Origin: Candidatus Danuiimicrobium aquiferis
GTDB taxonomy: Bacteria; Omnitrophota; Omnitrophia; Omnitrophales; Danuiimicrobiaceae
Direction of reading: 5' to 3'
Length of the DNA stretch: 64,000 nucleotides
Assembly (NCBI GenBank): GCA_001804285.1
Contig: MHFR01000042.1
Span: forward strand, 14,725-78,724
The position numbers and the translations under genes were made by a program. The notes beneath the pieces are model-generated. The model was not told the DNA's origin and did no database searches. It saw only the letters and a program-made list of their open reading frames with translations. Position 1 is the stretch's first letter, and each line of letters opens with the position of its first letter. Shown piece after piece: positions 34,273-45,087 of the stretch.

Positions 34273-36945
34273 ATGAAAGGTCGCTTAATTCTCATTGACG
34301 GACAATCTTTCTGCTATCGGGCTTTTTATGCGATTCGGAACCTCACAAACTCAAAGGGGGAACCGACTAATGCCATTTATGGTTTTATTACCATGCTTCA
34401 GAAAATAATCCGCCAGGAGAGCCCGGATTATATTGCGGTCTGTTTTGACAGGAAAGAACCGACATTCCGGAAGGAACGGTTTCAAGCCTATAAAGAACAC
34501 CGGAAGCCGATGCCGGACGAATTAATTTCGCAAATGCCGCATATCAAGGAATTTATTCAAGCATATCAAATTCCCGTTTTTGAATTGGCCGGTTATGAGG
34601 CAGACGATTTGATCGGAACGATTGCCCAAAAAGCGGAAGAAGCAGGGTTAGAAGTGGTCATTGTGACTGGGGATAAGGACATGATGCAGTTAGTGAACGA
34701 TAAAATTAAAATATTTCATACCTATAAAGAAGAACTCGTGGGCGCTCCTGGGGTTGCCGAACGGTTTGGCGGACTTGCGCCCTCTCAAGTGATTGATGTT
34801 CTCGGGCTTGCGGGTGATGCATCTGATAATATTCCGGGCGTTCCCGGTATCGGCGAAAAAACAGCGATAAAATTAATTCATGAATTTGGATCTCTTGAGA
34901 AAATTTATCAAAATCTCGAACACATTAAATCGGAATCATGCCGGAAAAAACTTGAAGAAAATAAAGATCAAGCGCAACTTTCGAAAGAGTTAGCGGTGAT
35001 TCATTGCGAAGTTCCGATCGAAATTAACTTTGAAGAGATGAAATCGGGTCCGCCCGACGAAAAAAAGCTTGTTGAGCTTGTCAAACGATTTGAATTCCGA
35101 AGCCTTCTCAAAGAATTAACCCCGACACAAGCCGGAGAAAATGAAAAGCGAAATTATCAAACAATCAATACGAAGGAAGAACTTGAAACGCTTGTGAGAA
35201 AACTGGGAAGGGCGAAATATTTTTCGGTTGATACGGAAACCACTTCAGAGAATTCATTTGAAGCGCATTTGGTCGGGATGAGTTTTTCGATGAAAGAAAA
35301 GGAAGCATATTATATTCCGGTTTCGTCACGGTTTCATCAGGGGCCGGGGATCCCGTGGGAAGAAGTCCGCAAGCTTGTGCAACCGGTTTTGGAAGATGAA
35401 AAAGTAAAAAAATGCGGGCAGAATATAAAATATGAAATCATTGTTTTGAAACGGCACGGAATTGAACTTAAGGGCATCTGTTTTGATACGATGCTTGCCT
35501 CCTACTTGATCAATCCCGCGAAATTCAATCACAATTTGGATGATATTTCTTTTGAGTATTTAGGGGTTAAGAAAATTAGTTTCAAGGATCTTGTAGGGAC
35601 GGGACGGAAACAAATTACAATGGATCAAGTGCCGCTCGAAAAAATTTCGGATTATGCGGCGGAAGATGCGGATTGCACGTATCGTTTGCTGGAGCCGCTC
35701 GAGACATTGCTTGGGGAACGGGAAGCGATGAAGTTATTTAAGGATGTCGAGCTTCCTTTAATTGATGTACTTGCCGAGATGGAAATGAACGGGGTTGCGA
35801 TTGACGCAAAATTTCTTGAGGGAATTTCGAAATCGCTTGAAAAAGACCTCAGCGCTTTGACCGTAGATATTTATCACGAAGCCGGAGAAGAATTTAATAT
35901 TAATTCAACGAAACAGTTGGCGGATATTTTATTTAACAAGCTGAAACTACCGGTTATTAAACGGACGAAAACAGGATATTCAACCGATGTGAGCGTTCTC
36001 GAGCGTTTGGCGCAAACGTATGGGCTTCCGAAGCTTTTGCTGGAATACCGTGAAAAAACGAAATTAAAATCGACGTATGTAGATGCGCTGCCTGCGTTGA
36101 CGAATCCGGAAACAGGAATGATTCATACGTCATTCAACCAAACGGTGACGTCAACCGGAAGGCTTTCAAGCTCGGAGCCAAATTTACAAAATATTCCGAT
36201 TAAAACAGATCTTGGGCGGCAAATCAGGCGTGCCTTCATTCCGCGGGCAAAAGGGCGGAAAATTTTATCTGCCGATTATTCGCAGGTTGAATTGCGGATT
36301 TTGGCGCATTTTTCGAAAGATCCGAATTTGATGAAAGCATTTCAAAATGATTTGGATGTCCATCAATTTACTGCGACACTGCTTTACGGGGTAAAGCCGG
36401 AAAATGTGTCACGCGAAATGCGAAATGTGGCCAAAACGATTAATTTCAGCATTGTCTACGGAGTGAGCGCTTTTGGCCTTGCCCAGAGTCTTGAAATATC
36501 GATGACTGAGGCGCAATCATTTATTGATTCCTATTTTATGCGGTATGTGAAGGTGAAAGAATTTATGGAAGCCGAAAAAACGAAGGCGCACAAGCAGGAA
36601 TTTTTAGAGACTATTCTCGGCCGGCGGTCCTATTTTCCCGACATCAATTCAAGCAATCCCAATGTCCGGCAATTTGCGGAGCGTGCTGCGATCAATGCGC
36701 CGATCCAGGGTTCCGCAGCCGATATTATTAAACTCGCCATGATCCGGATTCAAAAAGAACTTGCGGTGAAGCGCTTGAAATCGCTCATGATTCTTCAGGT
36801 TCATGATGAACTTGTATTTGATGTTTTGGATTCCGAATCGGATGAAATGACGCGTATGGTTCGCGAACATATGGAAAACGCATACCAGCTTGACGTTCCG
36901 CTTAAAGTGGATATTCGTTTGGCGGAAAGCTGGTACGACGAATAA
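34273..36945 (+). CDS. polA: DNA polymerase I
   Basis: All three regions are present: 5'-3' exonuclease, 3'-5' exonuclease and polymerase (motif 'QVHDELVFDV'). Confidence 0.95.
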   Translation: MKGRLILIDGQSFCYRAFYAIRNLTNSKGEPTNAIYGFITMLQKIIRQESPDYIAVCFDRKEPTFRKERFQAYKEHRKPMPDELISQMPHIKEFIQAYQIPVFELAGYEADDLIGTIAQKAEEAGLEVVIVTGDKDMMQLVNDKIKIFHTYKEELVGAPGVAERFGGLAPSQVIDVLGLAGDASDNIPGVPGIGEKTAIKLIHEFGSLEKIYQNLEHIKSESCRKKLEENKDQAQLSKELAVIHCEVPIEINFEEMKSGPPDEKKLVELVKRFEFRSLLKELTPTQAGENEKRNYQTINTKEELETLVRKLGRAKYFSVDTETTSENSFEAHLVGMSFSMKEKEAYYIPVSSRFHQGPGIPWEEVRKLVQPVLEDEKVKKCGQNIKYEIIVLKRHGIELKGICFDTMLASYLINPAKFNHNLDDISFEYLGVKKISFKDLVGTGRKQITMDQVPLEKISDYAAEDADCTYRLLEPLETLLGEREAMKLFKDVELPLIDVLAEMEMNGVAIDAKFLEGISKSLEKDLSALTVDIYHEAGEEFNINSTKQLADILFNKLKLPVIKRTKTGYSTDVSVLERLAQTYGLPKLLLEYREKTKLKSTYVDALPALTNPETGMIHTSFNQTVTSTGRLSSSEPNLQNIPIKTDLGRQIRRAFIPRAKGRKILSADYSQVELRILAHFSKDPNLMKAFQNDLDVHQFTATLLYGVKPENVSREMRNVAKTINFSIVYGVSAFGLAQSLEISMTEAQSFIDSYFMRYVKVKEFMEAEKTKAHKQEFLETILGRRSYFPDINSSNPNVRQFAERAAINAPIQGSAADIIKLAMIRIQKELAVKRLKSLMILQVHDELVFDVLDSESDEMTRMVREHMENAYQLDVPLKVDIRLAESWYDE

Positions 36946-36956
36946 GAAGAGTTGAA

Positions 36957-37586
36957 GTGAAAAAAAACAGTCGAGTTCGAACGAAAAAATTAGTGATAGG
37001 GTTGACGGGGACATTCGGAAGCGGAAAAAGCACGGTCGGCCGCATGCTCGGGAAAGCAAGCGTTTCCAAAGTGATCGATTGCGATGAATGGGTCCGGGAA
37101 ATTTTTAGCACAGAGAACCCAATTCAAAAGAAAATCAAGCGGCTGTTTGACATCCAAGGGGCAACTGACCGGAAAAAAATTGCTTCCATTGTTTTTTCAG
37201 ATCAAAACATGCGCCGGAGACTTGAGGCGCTGATTCATCCGTATGTGTTTCGGCGGATGAAAGAGGAAATCAAAGCGGGAGAAAAGGGAACTATCGTTTT
37301 TGAAATTCCTCTTTTATTTGAAACGGGCGCGGAACGTTTTTGTGATGCGACAATTGCGGTTTATGCGAATTTAAAAAGCATCATGAGGAGGCTTCGCAAA
37401 AAAGGTTTTAGCGTCCAGGAAATCAAGGCAAGACAGCAAGCACAGTTTTCGCAGCAGGAGAAAAAAAGGAAAGCGGACTTCATTATAAATAATTCTTGGG
37501 AAAAGGAAAAACTTGAGAAGCGTGTCAAAAGGGTTTGGACGAAATTGATTTCACGTGACGCGTTTAAATCTAAAAGAGGAGTGTAA
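36957..37586 (+). CDS. coaE: Dephospho-CoA kinase
   Basis: '[14 protein letters not shown]' is present. The true start may be the internal GTG at 36993. Confidence 0.85.
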   Translation: MKKNSRVRTKKLVIGLTGTFGSGKSTVGRMLGKASVSKVIDCDEWVREIFSTENPIQKKIKRLFDIQGATDRKKIASIVFSDQNMRRRLEALIHPYVFRRMKEEIKAGEKGTIVFEIPLLFETGAERFCDATIAVYANLKSIMRRLRKKGFSVQEIKARQQAQFSQQEKKRKADFIINNSWEKEKLEKRVKRVWTKLISRDAFKSKRGV

Positions 37587-37590
37587 ATTT

Positions 37591-38970
37591 ATGGCAAAAG
37601 AACAACACACAAAACCAGCAAGAAAACATCAACAGGCGGAAGAACCGGTTTCGAACAATCAGGAGCCGGTCGTCAGTACCGCAACAACCGAAACGAAAAG
37701 TCCCGGGGAACTTTTGGATGTTGCGGCGCTTAAGAAAATGAAGAATACCGAACTTTACGAAATTTCCAAAAAGTTCAACATTCCCGGGACGAGCGGAATG
37801 AACAAGCAAGATCTGATTTTCAAGATTTTGCAGGGACAGGCAGAGCACTCCGGGCTCATGTTTGGAGAAGGCGTTCTTGAAATTTTACAGGACGGATTCG
37901 GATTTTTGCGTTCTCCAAATTATAATTATCTTCCGTCACCGGACGATATTTACGTATCGCCCTCGCAAATTCGAAAATTTAATTTAAGGACCGGTGATAC
38001 GGTGAGCGGGCAAATCCGTCCGCCGAAGGAAGGGGAGCGCTATTTTGCGTTGCTGAAAGTGGAAGCGGTCAATTTTGAATCGCCGGAATCGGTCCGAAGC
38101 AAAATTCCGTTTGATAATTTAACACCGCTTTATCCGGACGAACGGTTGTTGCTTGAATCCAATCCGGACGAACTATCGACGCGCGTCATGGATCTTCTGA
38201 CTCCGATCGGAAAAGGCCAGCGCGGATTGATTGTGGCGCCACCCTATAGCGGTAAAACAATTCTTTTGCAGAAAATCGCAAATAGTATTGTTAAAAATCA
38301 TCCGGAAGTTTACATGATTGTTCTTCTGATTGACGAACGCCCGGAAGAAGTGACCGATATGCAACGATCCGTTAAAGGCGAAGTTATTTCTTCCACGTTT
38401 GATGAGCCGGCGGAACGGCATGTTCAAGTAGCGGAAATGGTTATTGAAAAAGCCAAACGCCTTGTCGAATGCAAGCGGGACGTCGTGATATTGCTCGATA
38501 GTATTACGCGTCTTGCGCGGGCGCATAACACGGTTGTGCCGCATTCGGGAAAAATTCTTTCAGGCGGTGTTGATTCAAATGCGCTTCACAAACCGAAACG
38601 GTTTTTCGGCGCAGCGCGAAACGTTGAGGAAGGCGGGAGCTTAACGATTATTGCGACGGCGCTTGTCGATACCGGTTCGCGAATGGACGAAGTGATTTTC
38701 GAAGAGTTCAAAGGAACGGGCAATATGGAACTGCAGCTCGATCGAAATCTCTTCCAAAAGCGGATTTATCCGGCGATCGATGTGAAAAAGTCGAATACGC
38801 GCAAAGAAGAATTATTAATGCATCCGGACGAACTCCAGCGGGCGTGGATTTTGAGGAAAGTATTAAATGAGCTCAACTCGTCGGAAGCGATGGAGCTTTT
38901 GCTGGAGCGTTTGAAGAAGACGAAATCGAACGCAGAATTTTTAATGAGTTTAAATAAAGGAGATAAGTAA
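37591..38970 (+). CDS. rho: Transcription termination factor Rho (with ~60-aa N-terminal low-complexity extension)
   Basis: An RBS 'aagaggag' precedes the start. '[14 protein letters not shown]' and the P-loop 'APPYSGKT' are present. Confidence 0.95.
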   Translation: MAKEQHTKPARKHQQAEEPVSNNQEPVVSTATTETKSPGELLDVAALKKMKNTELYEISKKFNIPGTSGMNKQDLIFKILQGQAEHSGLMFGEGVLEILQDGFGFLRSPNYNYLPSPDDIYVSPSQIRKFNLRTGDTVSGQIRPPKEGERYFALLKVEAVNFESPESVRSKIPFDNLTPLYPDERLLLESNPDELSTRVMDLLTPIGKGQRGLIVAPPYSGKTILLQKIANSIVKNHPEVYMIVLLIDERPEEVTDMQRSVKGEVISSTFDEPAERHVQVAEMVIEKAKRLVECKRDVVILLDSITRLARAHNTVVPHSGKILSGGVDSNALHKPKRFFGAARNVEEGGSLTIIATALVDTGSRMDEVIFEEFKGTGNMELQLDRNLFQKRIYPAIDVKKSNTRKEELLMHPDELQRAWILRKVLNELNSSEAMELLLERLKKTKSNAEFLMSLNKGDK

Positions 38971-39009
38971 AATGAACACGCAATCTTGCGGTTCGCAAGT
39001 TGCAGTGTG

Positions 39010-39165
39010 AATTTTATCCCCGCAATGTTTTAAGCGGGGATCTCTAATGCATGGATTCCCGCTTCCCCGGAAATACAGGGCCAGCCCTCGCTTTACCGAG
39101 GGAAAGCATGCTCGCCTCTGCGAAGCTAAAGCTTCGCTACGGCGGAGCAGGGCGGGAATGACAAA
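39010..39165 (+). repeat. MITE family A variant (ttatccccgc..gcggggat ; ggattcccgc ... gcgggaatgac with ~100-nt internal expansion)
   Basis: It lies between rho and rpmE. Confidence 0.6.
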
Positions 39166-39195
39166 CAGTAAGAAATAAAGAGAGGAAATAAGTTT

Positions 39196-39423
39196 ATGAA
39201 GAAGGATATTCATCCTAAGTACGGTCCAGCGATCGTGCGGTGCGTTTGCGGAAACGTAATTGAAACAAGAAGCGTAAAACCTGAAATCAGTGTGGATATT
39301 TGTTCGGCATGTCACCCGCTTTTTACCGGGAAACAAAAATTGGTGGATACTGCCGGACGTATTGATAAATTTAAAAAGAAATTCGGCGGCCGCGTTTCCC
39401 ACAAATCAACAGATCAAGCGTAA
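39196..39423 (+). CDS. rpmE: 50S ribosomal protein L31
   Basis: 'MKKDIHPKY' and the CxxC...C motif are present. Confidence 0.9.
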   Translation: MKKDIHPKYGPAIVRCVCGNVIETRSVKPEISVDICSACHPLFTGKQKLVDTAGRIDKFKKKFGGRVSHKSTDQA

Positions 39424-39429
39424 GCCTAA

Positions 39430-40548
39430 GTGATCGAAATTTCGATGATATTGCAGGAACCTTTTCGGCAAGTCAAAGCACGGGTCCAGGAACTCGAGAC
39501 CCAGCTCGCTAATCCGGGAGATCTTCTGAAAGATCAAAAGGCTTATCAGGGGCGGACGAGAGAATTGGCCCGCTTGAGGCCGATTGTGAATGATATTGAT
39601 ACCTACGAACGGCTCGGACATGAACTTGAAGGTGTTCGCGCGCTTCTTGCGGGTAAAGTCGAAGATGAAGAGCATCGGACGCTTTACAAGCAAGAGGAAT
39701 CTGATCTTGATCAGAAAATGAAGGAACTGGAATTTGTGGTCGAAGAAAAAATCTTAGCAGGTTCCGATAAAGATGCAGATCGCGACAGTATTATTGAGAT
39801 TCGAGCCGGAACCGGAGGGGAAGAAGCGTCTCTTTTTGCACGGGATCTTTTCCGGATGTACAGCCGTTTTTGTGCGGAGCATGATCTGAAAGTGGAAGTG
39901 ATGGATTCGAGCATTGCCGGAAAAGGCGGATTTAAAGAAATTATTTTTGGTGTGAGCGGTCCGGGGGCTTATGCGAAATTCAAATTTGAAAGCGGAACGC
40001 ATCGTGTTCAGCGTGTTCCCGAAACGGAAGCCAGCGGCCGGATTCATACGTCGGCGGCGACCGTTGCCGTTATGGCGGAGCCTGACGAGGTTGAAATTGA
40101 AGTGAAACCCGATGATCTTCGTATTGATGTTTGCAGGGCCGGCGGGCCCGGGGGGCAGGGCGTCAACACGACGGATTCTGCGGTTCAGATTCTTCACATT
40201 CCGACAGGCGTGATGGTTCGCTGTCAGGATGAGCGGTCACAGCATAAAAATAAGGCGAAAGCCATGCGTGTGTTGCGCGCCCGGCTTTACGAATTTGAGC
40301 AGGAAAGAACAATGAAGGCATACTCGGAAACAAGAAAAAAACAAGTCGGAAGCGGAGACCGGAGCGAAAAAATCAGGACCTATAATTTCCCGGACCGCCG
40401 CGTGACGGATCACCGGATTGGCTTAACGATTCATGCGCTTGATCAGTTAATGGATGGGAAGATGGAAGAATTGATTGAGGCGTTGCAGAAAGCAGAGCGT
40501 CAAAAAAAACTGGAAAACTTGGGCGATGAAACAAAAAACAATTCTTGA
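39430..40548 (+). CDS. prfA: Peptide chain release factor 1
   Basis: The GGQ motif 'GGPGGQGVNTTDSAVQI' is present. The PxT-type RF1 domain is recognisable. Confidence 0.9.
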   Translation: MIEISMILQEPFRQVKARVQELETQLANPGDLLKDQKAYQGRTRELARLRPIVNDIDTYERLGHELEGVRALLAGKVEDEEHRTLYKQEESDLDQKMKELEFVVEEKILAGSDKDADRDSIIEIRAGTGGEEASLFARDLFRMYSRFCAEHDLKVEVMDSSIAGKGGFKEIIFGVSGPGAYAKFKFESGTHRVQRVPETEASGRIHTSAATVAVMAEPDEVEIEVKPDDLRIDVCRAGGPGGQGVNTTDSAVQILHIPTGVMVRCQDERSQHKNKAKAMRVLRARLYEFEQERTMKAYSETRKKQVGSGDRSEKIRTYNFPDRRVTDHRIGLTIHALDQLMDGKMEELIEALQKAERQKKLENLGDETKNNS

Positions 40549-41380
40549 TTATGTGAGATGCGGGACGGACTATTTAGAGTCTCATTCGGTTCCCGAGGCA
40601 CGGCAGTCGGCGGAGGCCTTATTAAGTTATGTGCTTGAGAAGCCGCGGTGGGAAATTTATTTGAACGGAGCATGTGAAATCAATTCGGACGCAAGCGAAC
40701 AATTTGAGGCGCTTTTAAAAAAACGGGCGGGGCGGTATCCGCTGCAATATTTATTGAAAACAGTTCCTTTCCGTGAGGTCATGATTGAGGTCGGCGAAGG
40801 GTGCTTGATTCCTCGCCCGGAAACCGAAATTTTAGTCGGGAAAGCCTGTGAAAAATTGAAAAAAATGCCGGGCAAAACGGCAGTGCTTGATGTTGGAACG
40901 GGATCCGGGAATATTGCGATTAGTTTGGCAAAAGAATGTTCAAATGTTTCCGTGATTGCGACCGATATTTCAATGGAAGCGCTCCGGTATGCAAAGGAGA
41001 ATGCATTGATTAACGGGGTTCGTGATCGCATTCAATTCATACAAACGGATCTTTGGCAGGGGATCGAAGGCATTCGGTTTGACATGATTGTGGCGAATCC
41101 TCCGTATTTAGGCCGGGCGGAATTGAATGAACTTCAGCCGGAGCTTGTATTTGAACCGGTAATCGCTTTGGATGGCGGTTACGACGGGATTGATTATTTT
41201 CAAAGAATCGTGTATGGTGCTACAGGTTTTTTAAAGGTTGGCGGGTGTGTTTTGTTTGAAGTTGGAGCCGGCCAGGCAGATCGAGTCGCCATCGAATTAA
41301 AACAGAATGGTTTCCAGGGTGTTGAAATTGATGTGGATGATACCGGGATTAAGAGAATTGTTTCGGGGGTTTTAAGTTAA
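40526..41380 (+). CDS. prmC: Release-factor glutamine N5-methyltransferase
   Basis: 'VANPPY' and the SAM motif 'LDVGTGSG' are present. It overlaps the end of prfA. Confidence 0.85.
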   Translation: MKQKTILDYVRCGTDYLESHSVPEARQSAEALLSYVLEKPRWEIYLNGACEINSDASEQFEALLKKRAGRYPLQYLLKTVPFREVMIEVGEGCLIPRPETEILVGKACEKLKKMPGKTAVLDVGTGSGNIAISLAKECSNVSVIATDISMEALRYAKENALINGVRDRIQFIQTDLWQGIEGIRFDMIVANPPYLGRAELNELQPELVFEPVIALDGGYDGIDYFQRIVYGATGFLKVGGCVLFEVGAGQADRVAIELKQNGFQGVEIDVDDTGIKRIVSGVLS

Positions 41381-41381
41381 G

Positions 41382-42683
41382 ATGGATAAGATTGTTATTC
41401 ACGGCGGGAAAAAGTTAGTTGGCGAGGTGATGAATTCAGGATCGAAAAACGCTTCTCTTCCAATTATGGCTGCGGCGCTTTTGTCCGCTGAGCCGTCAAG
41501 AATTGAAAACGTTCCTGATTTGCGCGATGTCCATACAATGGTCAAGCTCCTTCGCGTCTTGGGTGCACAAGTGGATTACACGAACGGGGTTGTTGAAGTG
41601 TATCCGGGGAATGCGATTAAGTCGAATGCGCCGTATGACATTGTCAGTACGATGCGCGCATCTGTTTGTGTCTTGGGGCCGCTTTTGACCCGTTTAAAAG
41701 AAGCTGACGTTTCTATCCCCGGCGGTTGTGTGATTGGCGCGCGGCCGATAGACTTGCACATTAAAGGGCTCGAAATGTTGGGCGCGGATATTTTGATCGA
41801 TCATGGATTTGTAAAAGCAAAAGCGCCTAAAGGGTTAAGAGGTGCGGATGTGTATTTAGGCGGCAATTTTGGTTCGTCGGTTCTTGCCACGGCCAATGTA
41901 CTGATGGCCGCAACGCTTGCGAAAGGAACAACTTATATTGAAGGCGCGGCGTGTGAACCTGAGCTTGTGGATCTTGCCGAATTTTTAATTAAAATGGGCG
42001 CTAAAATTAAAGGGCATGGTTCGCATTTGATCGAAATTCAAGGAGTTAAGAAACTCCATGGCGCAAATCACCGCGTCATTCCGGACCGGATAGAAGCAGG
42101 AACTTTTATGGTGGCCGGTGCGATGATGAACGGAAATGATATTTTAGTCCGGAATTGCATTATCGATCACAATCACGCGTTGATTGATAAACTGAAACAA
42201 TCCGGGGCTTTGGTGCTGAAATCAAAATCATCGATTCGCCTCAAGCGTCGCGGCCGGCTTCGTCCCGTGGATGTGACGACACTTCCTTATCCCGGCTTTC
42301 CGACGGACTTACAGGCGCAAATGATGGCTTTAATGACGCTGACGCCCGGCATCAGCGTGATTACGGAGAAAATTTATCCGGACCGGTTTATTCATATTAG
42401 CGAACTCACGCGTATGGGGGCGAAAATTTTCCTTGAAGGATCCACGGCGATTGTCAGCGGTGTCGGACATTTGAGCGGCGCGCCTGTGATGGCTTCAGAC
42501 CTGCGAGCGAGCGCGGCACTTTTACTGGCCGGTCTTGCGGCGGAAGGTGAAACCGAAGTGAACCGTATTTATCACCTCGATCGCGGATATGAAAAGATTG
42601 AAGAAAAACTTTCGGCTTTAGGCGCGGAAATTTTCAGAAAAAAAGAAGAATCGCAGAAAGAATTAGCAGCGGTAGCGCTTTAG
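41382..42683 (+). CDS. murA: UDP-N-acetylglucosamine 1-carboxyvinyltransferase
   Basis: It is MurA-like throughout, with the catalytic-Cys region 'IPGGCVIGARPIDLH'. Confidence 0.9.
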   Translation: MDKIVIHGGKKLVGEVMNSGSKNASLPIMAAALLSAEPSRIENVPDLRDVHTMVKLLRVLGAQVDYTNGVVEVYPGNAIKSNAPYDIVSTMRASVCVLGPLLTRLKEADVSIPGGCVIGARPIDLHIKGLEMLGADILIDHGFVKAKAPKGLRGADVYLGGNFGSSVLATANVLMAATLAKGTTYIEGAACEPELVDLAEFLIKMGAKIKGHGSHLIEIQGVKKLHGANHRVIPDRIEAGTFMVAGAMMNGNDILVRNCIIDHNHALIDKLKQSGALVLKSKSSIRLKRRGRLRPVDVTTLPYPGFPTDLQAQMMALMTLTPGISVITEKIYPDRFIHISELTRMGAKIFLEGSTAIVSGVGHLSGAPVMASDLRASAALLLAGLAAEGETEVNRIYHLDRGYEKIEEKLSALGAEIFRKKEESQKELAAVAL

Positions 42684-42746
42684 GGAACCATTAATTTTTA
42701 AAAAAGAGAACAAAATCATAGTTAGTCAGAATAGGAGGGAATTAAA

Positions 42747-42986
42747 TTGGCAGTAAAAATTCGTTTAAAAAGAGTTGGAACGACTAAAAAAGCTTTGTGG
42801 CGTGTGGTGGTTGCGGATAGTAGGATGCCTCGCGACGGGCGCTTCATTGAAGAAGTCGGGACCTATGATCCGATGAAGGATCCGGCGGTTGTTTCTTTGA
42901 ATGCCGATCGGGTTCGGTATTGGGTTTCCAAAGGCGCAAAGCCATCGGAAACGGTTCAGAACCTGATGAAGACAAAGGGCCTTTGA
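42747..42986 (+). CDS. rpsP: 30S ribosomal protein S16
   Basis: TTG start follows an RBS 'ggaggg'. The N-terminus reads '[10 protein letters not shown]'. Confidence 0.9.
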   Translation: MAVKIRLKRVGTTKKALWRVVVADSRMPRDGRFIEEVGTYDPMKDPAVVSLNADRVRYWVSKGAKPSETVQNLMKTKGL

Positions 42987-42994
42987 GCTTGTGA

Positions 42995-43702
42995 ATGAAA
43001 CGACCGCATCTTGTTATTGATGTGATAACGCTATTCCCCAAGCTGCTTGAGGCGCCGCTGAATGAATCGATGGCACGGCAAGCGAAACTGCGAGGGGCGG
43101 TGCAAATTCGGATATGGAATCTTAGGGATTATGCGCTTGATAAACGGCGGACGTGTGATGACAAGCCGTTTGGCGGTGGGGCAGGCATGGTGATGATGAT
43201 CCAGCCGATTGACGATTGTCTTAAAGATATCGGAAAAAAGGGTTGGCGTGTCATGGTCTCTCCCAGAGGACAGAAATTTTCTTATGAGATTGCAAAACGT
43301 CTTGCGGAAAAGAAACATTTAATTTTCATGTGCGGGCATTACGAAGGAATCGACGAACGGGTTCATGAACATTTGATAGATGAGGAAATCTCCATCGGAG
43401 ATTTTGTGACTACCGGCGGCGAATTCCCGGCGCTTTGTATGATTGACTCGATTATGCGTCTTGTCCCCGGAGTTTTGGGAAATGAAGCATCTCTTGATGC
43501 GGAATCATTCACGCACGGGATGCTTGATTATCCGCATTATACGAGACCAAGAGAATTTAAAGGCCGACAAGTGCCGGCGGTGCTGCTTTCGGGGCATCAC
43601 GACGCCATTCAGAAATGGCGGGAAACAAAATCTCATGAGCTGACAAAAAAGTTGCGACCAGATTTACTAAAGAAAAAAATTGGGGGTAATCAATATGAAT
43701 AA
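42995..43702 (+). CDS. trmD: tRNA (guanine37-N1)-methyltransferase
   Basis: It is TrmD-like: 'VITLFP...' and 'DERV..H' are present. It follows the conserved rpsP-trmD-rplS order. Confidence 0.9.
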   Translation: MKRPHLVIDVITLFPKLLEAPLNESMARQAKLRGAVQIRIWNLRDYALDKRRTCDDKPFGGGAGMVMMIQPIDDCLKDIGKKGWRVMVSPRGQKFSYEIAKRLAEKKHLIFMCGHYEGIDERVHEHLIDEEISIGDFVTTGGEFPALCMIDSIMRLVPGVLGNEASLDAESFTHGMLDYPHYTRPREFKGRQVPAVLLSGHHDAIQKWRETKSHELTKKLRPDLLKKKIGGNQYE

Positions 43703-44015
43703 AATGGAAATGATTGAAAAAGATTATTTGAAAAAAACCATTCCTGAATTTAAAGTAGGCGATCAGGTGAAAGTCCATCTCAAAGTTCATGAAGGCGAAA
43801 AAACGCGAACGCAGATTTTCGCCGGAACGGTGATTGCAAAACGCGGAACCGGAATCGGTGCAAGTTTTACGGTCTTGAAAGATGCGCGCGGGGAATTGGT
43901 AAAGAAGGCGTTTCCCGTTCATTCTCCGGTTGTTGAGAAAGTTGAAGTGACGTTTCCCGGAAAAGTGAGACGTGCCAAGCTTTATCATTTAGCAAAAAAG
44001 AAAAATAAAATTTAA
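43695..44015 (+). CDS. rplS: 50S ribosomal protein L19
   Basis: 'MNKMEMIEKDY...FKVGD.V.V' is L19-like. Confidence 0.9.
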   Translation: MNKMEMIEKDYLKKTIPEFKVGDQVKVHLKVHEGEKTRTQIFAGTVIAKRGTGIGASFTVLKDARGELVKKAFPVHSPVVEKVEVTFPGKVRRAKLYHLAKKKNKI

Positions 44016-44039
44016 GCAACAAGTCAATTAAAAGACATT

Positions 44040-44675
44040 GTGACCGACGCACATATTCCGCTTGAGTCTGAATATTGGCAAAAAGGGTTCCGATGGATTG
44101 CGGGGGTGGATGAGGCCGGCCGCGGTCCTTTGGCGGGGCCGGTAGTAGCGGCAGCGTGCTTAATTCCATACGGTGTTGAGCTGAAGGGAATCCGTGATTC
44201 AAAAACCCTTTCCAAATCCCGCCGAGAAAAACTCTATTGGGATATTGTAACGCAAACCCTTGTGGGGGTCGGCGTTGTTGACGAAAAAGAAATCGATCGC
44301 ATCAATATTTTTCAAGCCTCATTGCTTGCAATGCGAAAGGCGGTCCTTGCCCTTCCCAAAACTCCGGATATGATTTTTGTCGACGGTAAGTTTCCATTCG
44401 ATATTCCTATCCCGCAAATTCCGGTTATCAAAGGCGATCAAAAATTAGTTTCTGTCGGCGCCGCTTCCATTATTGCAAAAGTAACCCGTGATGCGATGAT
44501 GGAAAAACTCGACTTGGAATATCCCCAGTACGGATTTAAACAGCACAAAGGTTATCCGACGCCTGAACATATAACCGCGCTTTCGGTATACGGACCAAGT
44601 CCGATTCACCGGATGAGCTTTCGTCCGGTTGAGGAAGCGGCAAACAATCTGGCTGCGGCGCTAATGGAAGTTTGA
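44040..44675 (+). CDS. rnhB: Ribonuclease HII
   Basis: The motifs 'GVDEAGRGPLAGPVV' and 'DSK' are present. Confidence 0.9.
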   Translation: MTDAHIPLESEYWQKGFRWIAGVDEAGRGPLAGPVVAAACLIPYGVELKGIRDSKTLSKSRREKLYWDIVTQTLVGVGVVDEKEIDRINIFQASLLAMRKAVLALPKTPDMIFVDGKFPFDIPIPQIPVIKGDQKLVSVGAASIIAKVTRDAMMEKLDLEYPQYGFKQHKGYPTPEHITALSVYGPSPIHRMSFRPVEEAANNLAAALMEV

Positions 44676-44682
44676 CACGTTT

Positions 44683-45066
44683 ATGGATAAACGCCAAAAA
44701 ATAAAGCATGATCTAAAAGAAACAGGAAATTTAGGCGAAGATATTGCGACAGAATATTTGAAAAGGCGCGGGTATAAGATTATTCAAAGAAATTGTCGCT
44801 CGCCTTTCGGGGAAATTGATTTGGTTGCACAAGACGGAAATACATTAGTTTTTGTCGAAGTTAAAACCCGCCATGGATGTGAGTTTGGATTTCCGGAAGA
44901 AGCCGTTCATCAAAAAAAGCGGGAACAGCTGATTCGTTTGGCGACCTGGTATTTAATGAAACACACGAAAAAAGAAATGCCTGTCCGATTCGATATTTTG
45001 GCAGTCGAGCTTAAAACAGGGGAACCGGAAATCCGGCTGATTCAGAATGCCATCGAAGTTGAATAA
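44683..45066 (+). CDS. yraN: YraN/UPF0102-family endonuclease
   Basis: 'GEIDLVA..G..LVFVEVKTR' matches the family. It lies in the typical position after rnhB. Confidence 0.8.
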   Translation: MDKRQKIKHDLKETGNLGEDIATEYLKRRGYKIIQRNCRSPFGEIDLVAQDGNTLVFVEVKTRHGCEFGFPEEAVHQKKREQLIRLATWYLMKHTKKEMPVRFDILAVELKTGEPEIRLIQNAIEVE

Positions 45067-45087
45067 AATTTAATAAAAAATATTTTT